DNA from: Candidatus Woesebacteria bacterium
Lineage (GTDB): Bacteria; Patescibacteriota; Microgenomatia; UBA8517
Direction: 5' to 3'
NCBI GenBank assembly: GCA_016181165.1
Contig: JACOZU010000003.1
Coordinates: forward strand, 1 to 36,698
DNA length: 36,698 nucleotides
A model generated the notes under the pieces. That model was not told the origin of the DNA and made no database searches. It saw only the letters and a program-made list of their open reading frames with translations. Below, one piece after another: positions 26,276 through 35,431 of this stretch; positions within the stretch are counted from its first letter, which is position 1; the number at the start of each line of letters is the position of its first letter. The translations under genes were made by a program, and so were the position numbers.

Positions 26276-29215
26276 ATGGAAAACACTATCAAAATTAGGG
26301 GGGCGAGACAGCATAACCTGAAAAATATCGACCTAACGATTCCTAAAAACAAACTGGTCGTGTTTACCGGAGTTTCCGGCAGTGGGAAAAGTTCCCTGGC
26401 CTTTGACACGATTTACGCCGAAGGACAAAGAAGATATGTCGAGAGTCTTTCCTCCTACGCCAGACAGTTTCTGGGTGTCATGGAAAAGCCGGATGTTGAC
26501 CACATCGAGGGCCTATCTCCCTCAATTTCGATTGACCAGAAAACCACTTCCCGAAACCCACGCTCAACGGTAGGAACGGTCACCGAGGTCTACGATTACT
26601 TAAGACTTCTTTTTGCCAGGGTCGGGCATCCCCATTGTCCCGTCTGCGGCCGGGAAATTTCTCATCAAACCCTTGACCAAATCGTTGCCAAATCTCTTGA
26701 GCTCATTAAAGAAGAAGCCAAGACAAAGAAAAAGGGTTGGTTCTTAGTCCTTTCTCCGGTTGTTTCCGGTCGGAAGGGAGAATATGCTTCTCTTTTTGAC
26801 AACCTTAAAGCCAAAGGATTTCGAAAGGTCCGGGTCGACGGCTATCTGAAGGATTTATCTGAAGATTTTGTTCTTATCAAGACAAATAAACACTCTATCG
26901 AAGTGGAGATTGATAGAATTTCGGTAGGCAGTAGCAATCTAAAGGATAAGCAAAGCTTGGCCGGCTCCGCCGGTAAAATCTTCGAGGAAAACTTGAAGTC
27001 CCGCTTGGCCGACTCGGTCAGGCAAGCTCTTAACCTCTCCGAAGGCAATGTCGTTTTGACCCAGGTGCTTGATTCGGGCTTTGAAATGCCGGACTTTCCC
27101 AGAAAGTTTTCCGACCACTTATTTTCCGAAAGATTTGCTTGTCCAATTGATAACGTCCAAATCCCTGAGATTGAACCTCGAACTTTTTCTTTTAACTCGC
27201 CTCACGGAGCCTGTCACGCCTGCAGCGGGCTGGGGAGGATTCTCAAGGCTGACCCTAATTTGGTTTTTTCCGATGAACTCTCGATTACCGAAGGGGGCGT
27301 TCTTCCTGTTGGCCACATGTTTGAACACGATACCTGGTATTCCCGACTGATTCTGACCGTTTGTGAAGAACTGGGAATTGATGCGAAAGCACCCTTAGGA
27401 ACCCTTAGCCCAAAAGAGAAAGAGATTCTTCTTTTTGGCACCGGAGACGAAGAATATCAAGTCGGAGGAACCAACCGCTTCGGCAGAAACACTTATATCT
27501 GGGAGCCTTTTTACGGCATCATTCACTTTTTGGAAAAGAGGCACTCTGAAACCGAATCCGATTACGTGCGCTGGGAGCTGGAAAAATACATGAGGCGAAG
27601 GCTCTGTCAAGAATGTCGGGGCAGCCGACTCAAAAAAGAGGCTTTGGCGATTACCATCGACGGACTCTCGATTTCAGCCGTGACCGCTTTTTCTATCAAT
27701 CAGGTGTGGGCATGGATTAGTAAACTGGCCAAGTTTTTGTCTGAGAGGGAAAAAGAAATCGGGCGACTGATTATTAAGGAAATTGCGGCTAGACTCGAAT
27801 TCCTCAAGTCCGTGGGGCTAACCTATTTGACTCTGGAAAGAGAAGCCGGGACGCTTTCGGGCGGAGAAGCCCAAAGGATTAGACTGGCTTCCCAAATCGG
27901 CTCCGGTTTAACCGGGGTTCTTTACGTACTGGATGAACCAACGATAGGACTCCACCAAAGAGATAACCAAAGACTGATTGACACTTTGGAAAAATTAAGA
28001 GATTTAGGCAACAGCGTCATTGTCGTTGAGCACGACCGGGAAATGATAGGCCAGTCCGACCATGTCATCGACTTTGGCCCCGGTGCAGGCAAATGGGGAG
28101 GCCAAATTGTGGCCGAGGGGACACCGGGCAAGATCGCCAAAAATTCAAAGTCGCTTACGGGAAAGTATCTGTCCGGAAAGAAAAAGGTGGAAGTGCCGGC
28201 TCTCCCATCGGTATCAAATCATCAATCACTCAAAATTTATGGCTGTCGACAGTTTAACTTGAAGGATATTGATGTCGAATTCCCTTTGGGGAAATTCATC
28301 GTCATTACCGGCGTCTCGGGGAGTGGAAAATCGACGCTTTTGGTTGAGACTCTCTATCCCAGCCTGGTGCAAAAAATGAACCCCTATTTTAGGGGGGAGG
28401 TCGGGACTTTCAAAAGGCTTGAGGGAGAACATCAAGTCGATAAAGTCATCTTAATCGACCAGTCGCCGATAGGCAGAACCCCAAGGAGCAATCCCGCCAC
28501 CTACACTAAAGTTTTTGACCCGATGAGGGACGTTTATGCGGCAACCCACGAAGCCAAAGCGGCCGGATTCAAGAAAGGTCATTTCTCTTTTAACGTCAGA
28601 GGGGGAAGGTGTGAGGCCTGCGAAGGACAGGGGCAGATTAAAATCGAGATGCAGTTTATGAGCGATATTTGGGTGACCTGCGACGTCTGCCGGGGTAAAC
28701 GATATCTTTCTCAAACGTTGGATATCAGCTATAAAGACAAAAATATTGCCGAAGTCCTTGAGATGACGGTTTCTGAGGCCATAGAATTTTTCCAGGCCCA
28801 CCCCTTGATATCAGCCAAACTCGAGACCCTTTCGGCGGTCGGCCTGGGGTATATCCATCTGGGCCAACCGGCCACGACACTCTCGGGTGGGGAAGCACAG
28901 CGGGTCAAGCTTGCCAGCGAACTATCCAAAAGAGCCACCGGCAAAACTTTTTACATCTTGGACGAACCAACCACCGGCCTTCATTTTGCCGATGTCGAAA
29001 ATCTTCTAAGAGTACTAAAAGTACTGGTAGCAAGAGGAAACACCGTTTGTGTCATCGAGCATAATCTCGATGTCGTCAAAAACGCCGACTGGATTATCGA
29101 TCTTGGCCCCGAAGGGGGAGAGATGGGAGGCGAGGTCATTGGCCAGGGAACACCCAAGGATCTAACCAGGAACAAAAATTCCTACACCGCTTACTACCTG
29201 AAACAAGTCAATTAA
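26276..29215 (+). CDS. uvrA: Excinuclease ABC subunit A
   Basis: GARQHNLKN, two GVSGSGKS Walker A motifs, two LSGGEAQR signatures, LDEPT, Zn-finger CxxC pairs. Confidence 0.98.
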   Translation: MENTIKIRGARQHNLKNIDLTIPKNKLVVFTGVSGSGKSSLAFDTIYAEGQRRYVESLSSYARQFLGVMEKPDVDHIEGLSPSISIDQKTTSRNPRSTVGTVTEVYDYLRLLFARVGHPHCPVCGREISHQTLDQIVAKSLELIKEEAKTKKKGWFLVLSPVVSGRKGEYASLFDNLKAKGFRKVRVDGYLKDLSEDFVLIKTNKHSIEVEIDRISVGSSNLKDKQSLAGSAGKIFEENLKSRLADSVRQALNLSEGNVVLTQVLDSGFEMPDFPRKFSDHLFSERFACPIDNVQIPEIEPRTFSFNSPHGACHACSGLGRILKADPNLVFSDELSITEGGVLPVGHMFEHDTWYSRLILTVCEELGIDAKAPLGTLSPKEKEILLFGTGDEEYQVGGTNRFGRNTYIWEPFYGIIHFLEKRHSETESDYVRWELEKYMRRRLCQECRGSRLKKEALAITIDGLSISAVTAFSINQVWAWISKLAKFLSEREKEIGRLIIKEIAARLEFLKSVGLTYLTLEREAGTLSGGEAQRIRLASQIGSGLTGVLYVLDEPTIGLHQRDNQRLIDTLEKLRDLGNSVIVVEHDREMIGQSDHVIDFGPGAGKWGGQIVAEGTPGKIAKNSKSLTGKYLSGKKKVEVPALPSVSNHQSLKIYGCRQFNLKDIDVEFPLGKFIVITGVSGSGKSTLLVETLYPSLVQKMNPYFRGEVGTFKRLEGEHQVDKVILIDQSPIGRTPRSNPATYTKVFDPMRDVYAATHEAKAAGFKKGHFSFNVRGGRCEACEGQGQIKIEMQFMSDIWVTCDVCRGKRYLSQTLDISYKDKNIAEVLEMTVSEAIEFFQAHPLISAKLETLSAVGLGYIHLGQPATTLSGGEAQRVKLASELSKRATGKTFYILDEPTTGLHFADVENLLRVLKVLVARGNTVCVIEHNLDVVKNADWIIDLGPEGGEMGGEVIGQGTPKDLTRNKNSYTAYYLKQVN

Positions 29216-29235
29216 TCCGTTATACTTTAAAAGTA

Positions 29236-31155
29236 ATGCTCAAACGGAACGTTGTTATTCAGAAGGTTTTTCTTTTTTTTATCTTGTCGGTCCTTTTTCT
29301 AATCTTCCCCAAACATTCTTTGGGAACAGGAGAATTTGCCACCGATGTCACCGTCAACTATCAGGTCGAAGAAGAAGGAACGACGCAAGTTTCCCATACA
29401 ATCTCTCTGGAAAACCTTTTTTCCGACCTCTATGCGACTTCATATACTCTGGTTTTAGACAACATCGAGCCCAAAAAGATAGCGGTTTTTGAAGGCTCAA
29501 AGTCCTTACCCTTTCGATTATCTTCCGAGGGAACACAAAATTCCCTGACGATCGATTTTCCGGAGGCTCTGGTTGGCAAGGGCAAGAAAAGGATTTTTAC
29601 GGTTTTATTTGAGGAGACCGGCTTTGCGGCAAGAACGGGAGAGGTCTGGGAGATTTCCATTCCAAGGCTGTCTCCGGACGAGAATTTCAGAAGCTACAAT
29701 GTCAGCTTTTCGGTTCCCGCTACTTTCGGAACCGAAGCCTATCTTTCCCCGAAACCTAAAGAAGTTGGGGGCCAAGAAGGAAGAGTGATTTACTTTTTTG
29801 ACAAGGAAGATGTCGAAAGAACCGGAGTCACCGCCGGCTTCGGCGCTTTTCAAGTCTTTTCCTTTACTCTCAATTACCACTTGGAAAACCCACTCAGCAA
29901 GAGCGCCAAGGTCGATATTGCCCTTCCCCCCGATACCGCCTTGCAGCGTGTCTATTATCAGGTCGTCAACCCCAAACCGGAGAACATTTATGTCGACTCC
30001 GACGGCAACTGGCTGGCTACCTACTTGCTTAAAAGTCGGGAAAGAATAGACGTTGAGGTCAAAGGGGTCGTTCAGATCTTTGCCGGACCCCGACCTTTTC
30101 CCATGCCCACCCAAGAAACACTTCAAGACAACCTTAAGGCGACAAATTATTGGCAAAGCTCTGACCCTAAAATAAGAAGTCTGGCGGGTAGCCTTGGCAC
30201 TGCCGAAGCTATCTATAACTATGTCTGGCAGAATCTTGCCTACGATTACGAAAGAGTTAAGCCTAATGTAGAAAGGTTAGGGGCTCTCAAGGCCCTAGAA
30301 TCTCCGACAAGCGCCATCTGCATGGAATTTACCGACCTTTTTATCGCTCTGGCGCGTTCTGCCGGAATTTCGGCCAGAGAAATCAACGGCTATGCCTACA
30401 CCGAAAACCCGGAAATCCAGCCTTTGAGTTTGGTTGCTGATGTCCTTCACGCCTGGCCCGAATATTGGGACGCCACCGAAGCAGCCTGGATTCCCATCGA
30501 CCCAACCTGGGCGTCAACCACGGGGGGGGTTGATTTCTTTTCAAAACTCGACTTAAGGCACTTTACTTTCGTTATCCACGGGGTTGACCCCCAGAGGCCG
30601 TATCCGCCGGGGTCTTATAAACTTGGGCCCAATCCACAGAAGGACGTCTTCGTCAGTTTCGGCACTCTTCCCGAAGAGCGGGTCAGCCATCCCGAAATTA
30701 CGGTCGTCACCAAAAGGCCCATCCCTTTTGGTCCCACCAGGCTTGATATCACCATCAAAAATCCCGGCCCGGTTGCGCTCTATAACCTCACTCCTGCCGT
30801 TTCCTTTAACGCAGGTGCGGTCAAGGCGGAAACCATTGAGGTTCTCCCCCCAAATGCCCATTATGAAATCGAGTCGGCCGTTCCTTATAGTTTCCTGGGG
30901 AGAAATACCCCCGAAGTCGTCACGGTTCTTGTTGCCGATAGCCAGGTTCAGGTTCCGACCAACAAAAACCAAATAATTCTTGAAAGTGCGGTTGTCCTTC
31001 TTTTGGTCCTTCTCATTGCCGTTCTGGCGATTTTAATCAAATTCAAAAAGATTCAAATTTCCAAATTTAGCGCTAAAATACCAATGCTAATTGCCCGAGT
31101 AAAGAAAAATGACACAGATACCGACTCTCAAGCGCCTATCGTTAAGAAATCTTAA
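29236..31155 (+). CDS. Exported, membrane-anchored transglutaminase-like domain protein
   Basis: N-terminal signal/TM; Cys-His-Asp triad motifs AICMEF, LHAWPEYW, W.P.DPTW; C-terminal TM. Confidence 0.88.
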   Translation: MLKRNVVIQKVFLFFILSVLFLIFPKHSLGTGEFATDVTVNYQVEEEGTTQVSHTISLENLFSDLYATSYTLVLDNIEPKKIAVFEGSKSLPFRLSSEGTQNSLTIDFPEALVGKGKKRIFTVLFEETGFAARTGEVWEISIPRLSPDENFRSYNVSFSVPATFGTEAYLSPKPKEVGGQEGRVIYFFDKEDVERTGVTAGFGAFQVFSFTLNYHLENPLSKSAKVDIALPPDTALQRVYYQVVNPKPENIYVDSDGNWLATYLLKSRERIDVEVKGVVQIFAGPRPFPMPTQETLQDNLKATNYWQSSDPKIRSLAGSLGTAEAIYNYVWQNLAYDYERVKPNVERLGALKALESPTSAICMEFTDLFIALARSAGISAREINGYAYTENPEIQPLSLVADVLHAWPEYWDATEAAWIPIDPTWASTTGGVDFFSKLDLRHFTFVIHGVDPQRPYPPGSYKLGPNPQKDVFVSFGTLPEERVSHPEITVVTKRPIPFGPTRLDITIKNPGPVALYNLTPAVSFNAGAVKAETIEVLPPNAHYEIESAVPYSFLGRNTPEVVTVLVADSQVQVPTNKNQIILESAVVLLLVLLIAVLAILIKFKKIQISKFSAKIPMLIARVKKNDTDTDSQAPIVKKS

Positions 31156-32452
31156 ATTTAAGCAAATCCCCGAATCCCCCGGGGTGTATATCTTTATAAA
31201 AGAAAATACGCCTTCCTATATAGGGAAAGCGGTAAACCTCAAAAATAGGTTGAAGAGTTATTTTTCGTTGAATTTGGCGCCCAAAACACAAAGAATGATC
31301 GGAGAGGCGCAGTCGCTATCTTTTATAAGAGTAAATTCGGACTTAGAGTCTTTGCTTTTAGAGGCACGCTTAATCCAGAAATATCAACCCAAATATAACT
31401 CCGCCGCCAAAGACGATAAACACCCTTTATATATAAGAATTACAAAGGAAACCTACCCTAAAGTCGTGACGGCAAGGAGAATTGAGAAAAAAGAAAAAAA
31501 TTTGGCTTTTTTCGGACCTTTTCCTTCATCGAAGAATGTGCGTTCCGTTCTGCGAACGGTAAGAAGAATTTTTCCATACGCCGAACACAAAGCCGGTAAA
31601 AGACCATGTTTATACTCCCATCTGGGATTGTGTAACCCCTGTCCTTCTCTAATCGAAAAAGAAAAGGACCAAAAAACCAAGGATGGGCTGGTAAAGACTT
31701 ATAAAAGGAATATAAGGCACATTAGGGCCGTACTTTCGGGTAAATTTAAGCCAGTTAGAAGCGAACTTTTTAGAGAGATGCAGGTTAAATCAAGGCAAGA
31801 GAAGTTTGAGGAAGCACAAAGGGTAAAGGAACAAATCAGTTGGCTTGACTACATTACCCAGACGGCAGTGCCAACGGAATCTTTTTTGGAGAACCCGAAC
31901 CTGACCGAAGATATCAGAAGGGGGGAGTTGGCGGAGTTAAAAGCAATTTTAAATCAATATCTCTCCCTAAAAGGAAAACTCTTGCGAATCGAGTGTTTTG
32001 ATGTCTCGCATTTGGCCGGCGTTAATCCGACCGCATCGATGGTGACCTTTATCAACGCCGAACCCGACAAAAACTTCTATCGACATTTTAGAATCAGGCA
32101 GGAAAAAGGGGCTGATGATATTGCTTCAATGAGGGAAGTGGCCGGACGGCGTACCCAGTATTTTGCCTCCTGGGGAGTTCCGGATTTAATCGTTGTGGAC
32201 GGAGGAAAAACTCAAGTTTCCGCTTTCCAGACCATTCTCAAAGACGCCAAAATTCCCATTGTCGGAATTGCCAAGAGAAACGAAACGCTGGTCGTTCCCA
32301 TCACCACCAAAGCTAAAATCAGATTCTTTGAAAAAAGGCTGCCAAAGGGAGCTGCCTTAAACCTCATCCAAAGATTACGGAACGAGTCACACCGATTCGC
32401 CAGAAGATACCACCACCACCTTTTGAGGAAAACCCTTCTGCCTTTGTCTTGA
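31109..32452 (+). CDS. uvrC: Excinuclease ABC subunit C (lacks C-terminal HhH2)
   Basis: GIY-YIG (PGVY, YIGKA.NL..R..SYF, LE..LI....PKYN), UVR helix (FEEA), RNase H-like FDVSH, VDGG..Q, HRFA. The protein ends right after HRFA. Confidence 0.92.
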   Translation: MTQIPTLKRLSLRNLKFKQIPESPGVYIFIKENTPSYIGKAVNLKNRLKSYFSLNLAPKTQRMIGEAQSLSFIRVNSDLESLLLEARLIQKYQPKYNSAAKDDKHPLYIRITKETYPKVVTARRIEKKEKNLAFFGPFPSSKNVRSVLRTVRRIFPYAEHKAGKRPCLYSHLGLCNPCPSLIEKEKDQKTKDGLVKTYKRNIRHIRAVLSGKFKPVRSELFREMQVKSRQEKFEEAQRVKEQISWLDYITQTAVPTESFLENPNLTEDIRRGELAELKAILNQYLSLKGKLLRIECFDVSHLAGVNPTASMVTFINAEPDKNFYRHFRIRQEKGADDIASMREVAGRRTQYFASWGVPDLIVVDGGKTQVSAFQTILKDAKIPIVGIAKRNETLVVPITTKAKIRFFEKRLPKGAALNLIQRLRNESHRFARRYHHHLLRKTLLPLS

Positions 32453-32486
32453 CTTTAGAGGCCTTTTAACCCAATACTTAGTTTAG

Positions 32487-32888
32487 ATGAAAACCCTGGT
32501 AAGACACTATGTGATTGATACCGTCGCTCTTTATTTGGCTTCAACCGTAACGAGCGGACTTATCTTCGCTGAGGGGGTTAAAACCCTTCTTTTGGCCGGG
32601 GTGGGGCTTTTGTCGGCTTCTTTGGTCGTTCGGCCATTAATCAATCTGCTCATTCTCCCCTTAAATTTAATTACCTTCGGTCTTTTCAAGTGGGTGTCGA
32701 GCGCCGTTGCCCTTTACTTGGTGACTTTGGTTGTACCCGGATTTAAAATTGGCAATTTTGTTTTCCTGGGACTCGCCTCCGGTTGGCTAGGCATCCCCAG
32801 CTTTTCTTTGGACGGAATTCTCGCCTACGTCGGCTTTTCTTTTCTCCTTTCCCTGATTACCTCTTTGATGCATTGGCTCGTTAAATGA
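32487..32888 (+). CDS. 4-TM phage-holin-like membrane protein (YvlD family)
   Basis: V.RP...LL.LP...IT.GLF motif, LVPGF.I, four hydrophobic segments. Confidence 0.8.
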   Translation: MKTLVRHYVIDTVALYLASTVTSGLIFAEGVKTLLLAGVGLLSASLVVRPLINLLILPLNLITFGLFKWVSSAVALYLVTLVVPGFKIGNFVFLGLASGWLGIPSFSLDGILAYVGFSFLLSLITSLMHWLVK

Positions 32889-32926
32889 TTTAGGTTTTGA
32901 GCCCTTTTAAGGTATAATGGTAGCTT

Positions 32927-33139
32927 ATGAGAAGCGCTCTATTGGCCTTACAGATTGTCGTTTCCGTGCTTCTTGTCGGGGCCATTCTCGTTCAAACCAA
33001 AGGAACCGGCTTCGGCAGGGTTTGGGGCTCGGGCGGGGTCAGTTTTGCCAGAAGGGGACTGGAGAAGCTCGTCTTTAAAGCGACTTTTGGACTCGCCGCA
33101 CTCTTCGTCATTTTGGCTTTAATTCAAATTCTCATCTGA
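32927..33139 (+). CDS. secG: Preprotein translocase subunit SecG
   Basis: Two TMs, ILVQ.KG.G.G..WG, RRGLEK....T. Confidence 0.92.
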   Translation: MRSALLALQIVVSVLLVGAILVQTKGTGFGRVWGSGGVSFARRGLEKLVFKATFGLAALFVILALIQILI

Positions 33140-33153
33140 CGTCTCAAGTCTTT

Positions 33154-33189
33154 TATGACGCCCAGTCTATATATGACGCCCAGTCTATA
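33154..33189 (+). repeat. Perfect 18-bp tandem repeat
   Basis: TATGACGCCCAGTCTATA x2, with a degenerate third unit at ~33135-33153. Confidence 0.92.
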
Positions 33190-33191
33190 AT

Positions 33192-34514
33192 ATGCTTACG
33201 ATTAGGTATTTTATCAGGTTCCTCACGGCTTTCATTGTTCGCTTCAGGGGAATAATTTTACTGGGAACTTTTTTGGGAGGGGCCATCTTTTTGGCTTTGA
33301 GAATTCTTGGTCCCTACTCACTAACAAGAAGCACCGAAAGAGTCGGGATCGTCGGCCGCTACCGGGTGGAAAACCTGCCCGACTCGGTTTTGACCCTGAT
33401 CGGCAACGGTCTCACCAAAATCAAAGAGGACGGAACCGTTGCCCCCGACCTGGCCTCCTCTTGGGAAAGTCCCGACGGCGGTCAAACTTGGGTCTTTAAA
33501 CTAAAAGCCAACATTTTCTGGCAAGACGGCAAAAGGGTAACCAGTACTAGCATTAATTATCAATTTACCGATGCCAAAGTAGAGAGGCCGGACGAAGAAA
33601 CGATTACGTTTAGACTTGAAAGTACTTTTGCTCCGTTTCCTTACGTCGTGGCCAAGCCCACATTTAGAAAAGGGCTTTTGGGAACCGGGGAATGGCGGGT
33701 CACCAAGGCGACGGTTTCGGCCGGCTTTATTCAAAGACTGGTTTTGGTAGATAAGGACGGAAACAGAAAAATACTTAGGTTTTACCCCACCGAAGAGCGA
33801 GCCAAGTTGGGCTTTAAACTCGGGGAAATAGACATCCTCCAGGGTATTTTTAACGCCAAGCCTTTTAACGAATGGAGTGTGGTCGAAATAGAAAAAGAAG
33901 TCGGCAATAGCCGCTACGTCGCCGTCTTTTTTAATACCCAAGACAAACTTTTGGGAGAAAAATCCTTTAGACAGGCCCTTGCCTACGCCATCAAAAAAGA
34001 TGGGTTTGATGGACCCCGCGCCATCAGTCCAATTTCCCCAAACTCCTGGGCTTTTAACCCCCAAGTCAAGCCGTATCACTACGATTCCGAACGCGCCCAA
34101 GAGCTGATTGATGATTTGGCGGACGAACTGAAAGAAAATCTTACGCTCAATATTGTCACCACACCGGCACTACTTTCTGTCGCCGAGGCGATCGCCAAGG
34201 ACTGGGCCGAAGTGGGCGTTGCCGGAAACGTTCAGGTTTCTTCCGGAGTCCCGGCCGAATACCAAGCCCTTCTAGCCATCTTTGATATTCCGGAGGACCC
34301 TGACCAGTATTCGATTTGGCACTCAACTCAAACCTCAACCAATATCAGCCGCTATCAAAACCCCCGAATCGACAAATTCCTCGAGGACGGCAGGGTAGAG
34401 CTAAATATCGAAGAAAGAAAGAAAATATATTTAGACTTCCAAAGGTTTTTGGTGGAAGACTCCCCTGCGGCCTTTCTCTATCACCCAACCACTTATACCG
34501 TGGTTAGAAAATAG
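33192..34514 (+). CDS. Peptide ABC transporter substrate-binding protein, family 5 (OppA-like)
   Basis: N-terminal TM, GL......G...PDLA.SWE...G.TW.FKL....WQDG, FRQAL.YAI, N...Y.NP.ID..LE.GR, R...Y..FQ. Confidence 0.88.
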   Translation: MLTIRYFIRFLTAFIVRFRGIILLGTFLGGAIFLALRILGPYSLTRSTERVGIVGRYRVENLPDSVLTLIGNGLTKIKEDGTVAPDLASSWESPDGGQTWVFKLKANIFWQDGKRVTSTSINYQFTDAKVERPDEETITFRLESTFAPFPYVVAKPTFRKGLLGTGEWRVTKATVSAGFIQRLVLVDKDGNRKILRFYPTEERAKLGFKLGEIDILQGIFNAKPFNEWSVVEIEKEVGNSRYVAVFFNTQDKLLGEKSFRQALAYAIKKDGFDGPRAISPISPNSWAFNPQVKPYHYDSERAQELIDDLADELKENLTLNIVTTPALLSVAEAIAKDWAEVGVAGNVQVSSGVPAEYQALLAIFDIPEDPDQYSIWHSTQTSTNISRYQNPRIDKFLEDGRVELNIEERKKIYLDFQRFLVEDSPAAFLYHPTTYTVVRK

Positions 34515-34531
34515 TATTAAAGTTAGCCCCC

Positions 34532-34726
34532 TTAACCACCGGGTATTCCCTCGGATATTTCTTCGGGCGCTTGGCGAGCCATGTTTTCAATCTCGGAGTT
34601 ATTATCGGTATCTGTTTGCTTTTGAGGCGTGACTTCTTCTGGATCTTCTTCTGATCCATGAATCCTTCTGTCAAGTCCGAATGATTCTCTTGGACGTTCT
34701 TCAATGGGCTTGTCTTCAATTCCCAT
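34532..34726 (-). CDS. Small acidic hypothetical protein (64 aa)
   Basis: Minus-strand TGATAATAT lies 6 nt before the ATG, the same arrangement as real genes here. Glu/Pro-rich, probably disordered. Confidence 0.5.
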   Translation of the reverse strand: MGIEDKPIEERPRESFGLDRRIHGSEEDPEEVTPQKQTDTDNNSEIENMARQAPEEISEGIPGG

Positions 34727-34759
34727 CAGTTAATATTATCAGCTCTAATTCTAATTTCA

Positions 34760-34769
34760 AGCTGGGGTG
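34760..34769. repeat. Duplicate of the tRNA-His 3' end (att-like direct repeat)
   Basis: AGCTGGGGTG is identical to 35871-35880, and the left flanks are similar (CTAATTTCA vs CTCAATTTT). Confidence 0.6.
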
Positions 34770-34806
34770 ATTAACTATGTTTGTTTTGAACGATATTAGA
34801 CTCAAT

Positions 34807-35283
34807 TTAAAGCGTCTCGTCTTCAAGTGGGGGGTTCGACTCCAACTCATGAAGCTGCCAAACATTTAACCTATACGGTGCTTGGGGATGCCTTTCATGC
34901 CCTGGACCAATTATAGTTCTGCTTTCCTCTTCCTTCCTCGTTATTAAATATGGTCTCAACTGTGGATGAAGCTCCAGAATTTCATAATCTATGAGTTTTT
35001 CCACCAATTTATTATCCTGGGCAACTCTTTCTAATTCACTTCTTGTCCTATAATGGTCTGCTTGATGTCGTTGCGCTTCTCTATTATATGGCTTCATCCA
35101 AGAATAGGCATCAACTATGAGAATTCCGTCGTTAAAATCGGCAGAATTGTATAAATCAATGATTCTGTCGGCTCCTTCTCTTTGTCCATCTCTTAACCCC
35201 AAGGCATCCCAAATTGCTTCATAATCTAATTGTCGTGTATCAACAACTTCTGTCTGGCCCGCCACTTCAAATTCGTGTCTCAT
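34807..35283 (-). CDS. Hypothetical protein (158 aa)
   Basis: Long ORF filling the gap, start at ATG 35283. No motif recognised. Confidence 0.7.
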   Translation of the reverse strand: MRHEFEVAGQTEVVDTRQLDYEAIWDALGLRDGQREGADRIIDLYNSADFNDGILIVDAYSWMKPYNREAQRHQADHYRTRSELERVAQDNKLVEKLIDYEILELHPQLRPYLITRKEEESRTIIGPGHERHPQAPYRLNVWQLHELESNPPLEDETL

Positions 35284-35416
35284 AAACAAGCGTAATCAGT
35301 TAAACAATATACGCTTTATGACTCGGCGTTTCAACTCCGCTCAGAGAACATGAAGGTGAAACTGCTTTGCACCTGGGGTCGTTATAGTCTTTAGGATGGC
35401 TGACGACTCGTCCGCC
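35281..35416. other. Hairpin-rich intergenic segment including a REP-like copy
   Basis: Stems at 35281-35320, 35354-35374 and 35376-35409, a closing GGCG/CGCC pair (35325/35413), and a REP-like GTTCTCTGAGCGGAGTTGAAAC on the minus strand (35328-35349). Confidence 0.45.
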
Positions 35417-35431
35417 TGTTAAAATTAAGCA

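Noticed and set aside
29605..30972. Long antisense ORFs (183 and 139 aa) within the transglutaminase gene, and similar shadows such as 33501-34100
   Set aside because: They lie fully opposite well-supported genes and have no motifs; such shadow ORFs are expected.
32487..32888. Prophage inferred from the holin-like gene
   Set aside because: YvlD-type proteins are common chromosomal genes; no endolysin, integrase or structural phage genes are nearby.
33135..33189. CRISPR array
   Set aside because: The repeats are directly adjacent with no spacers, and there are no cas genes in the window.
34504..34719. Alternative 71-aa minus-strand ORF
   Set aside because: It overlaps the 64-aa ORF, which has an ATG and a correctly placed extended -10; this one starts at TTG and runs into the SBP stop.
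35351..35412. Possible hammerhead ribozyme (GAAA at 35358, GTC, CTGACGA at 35400)
   Set aside because: Core words are in a permissible order, but stems I and II cannot form next to the core.
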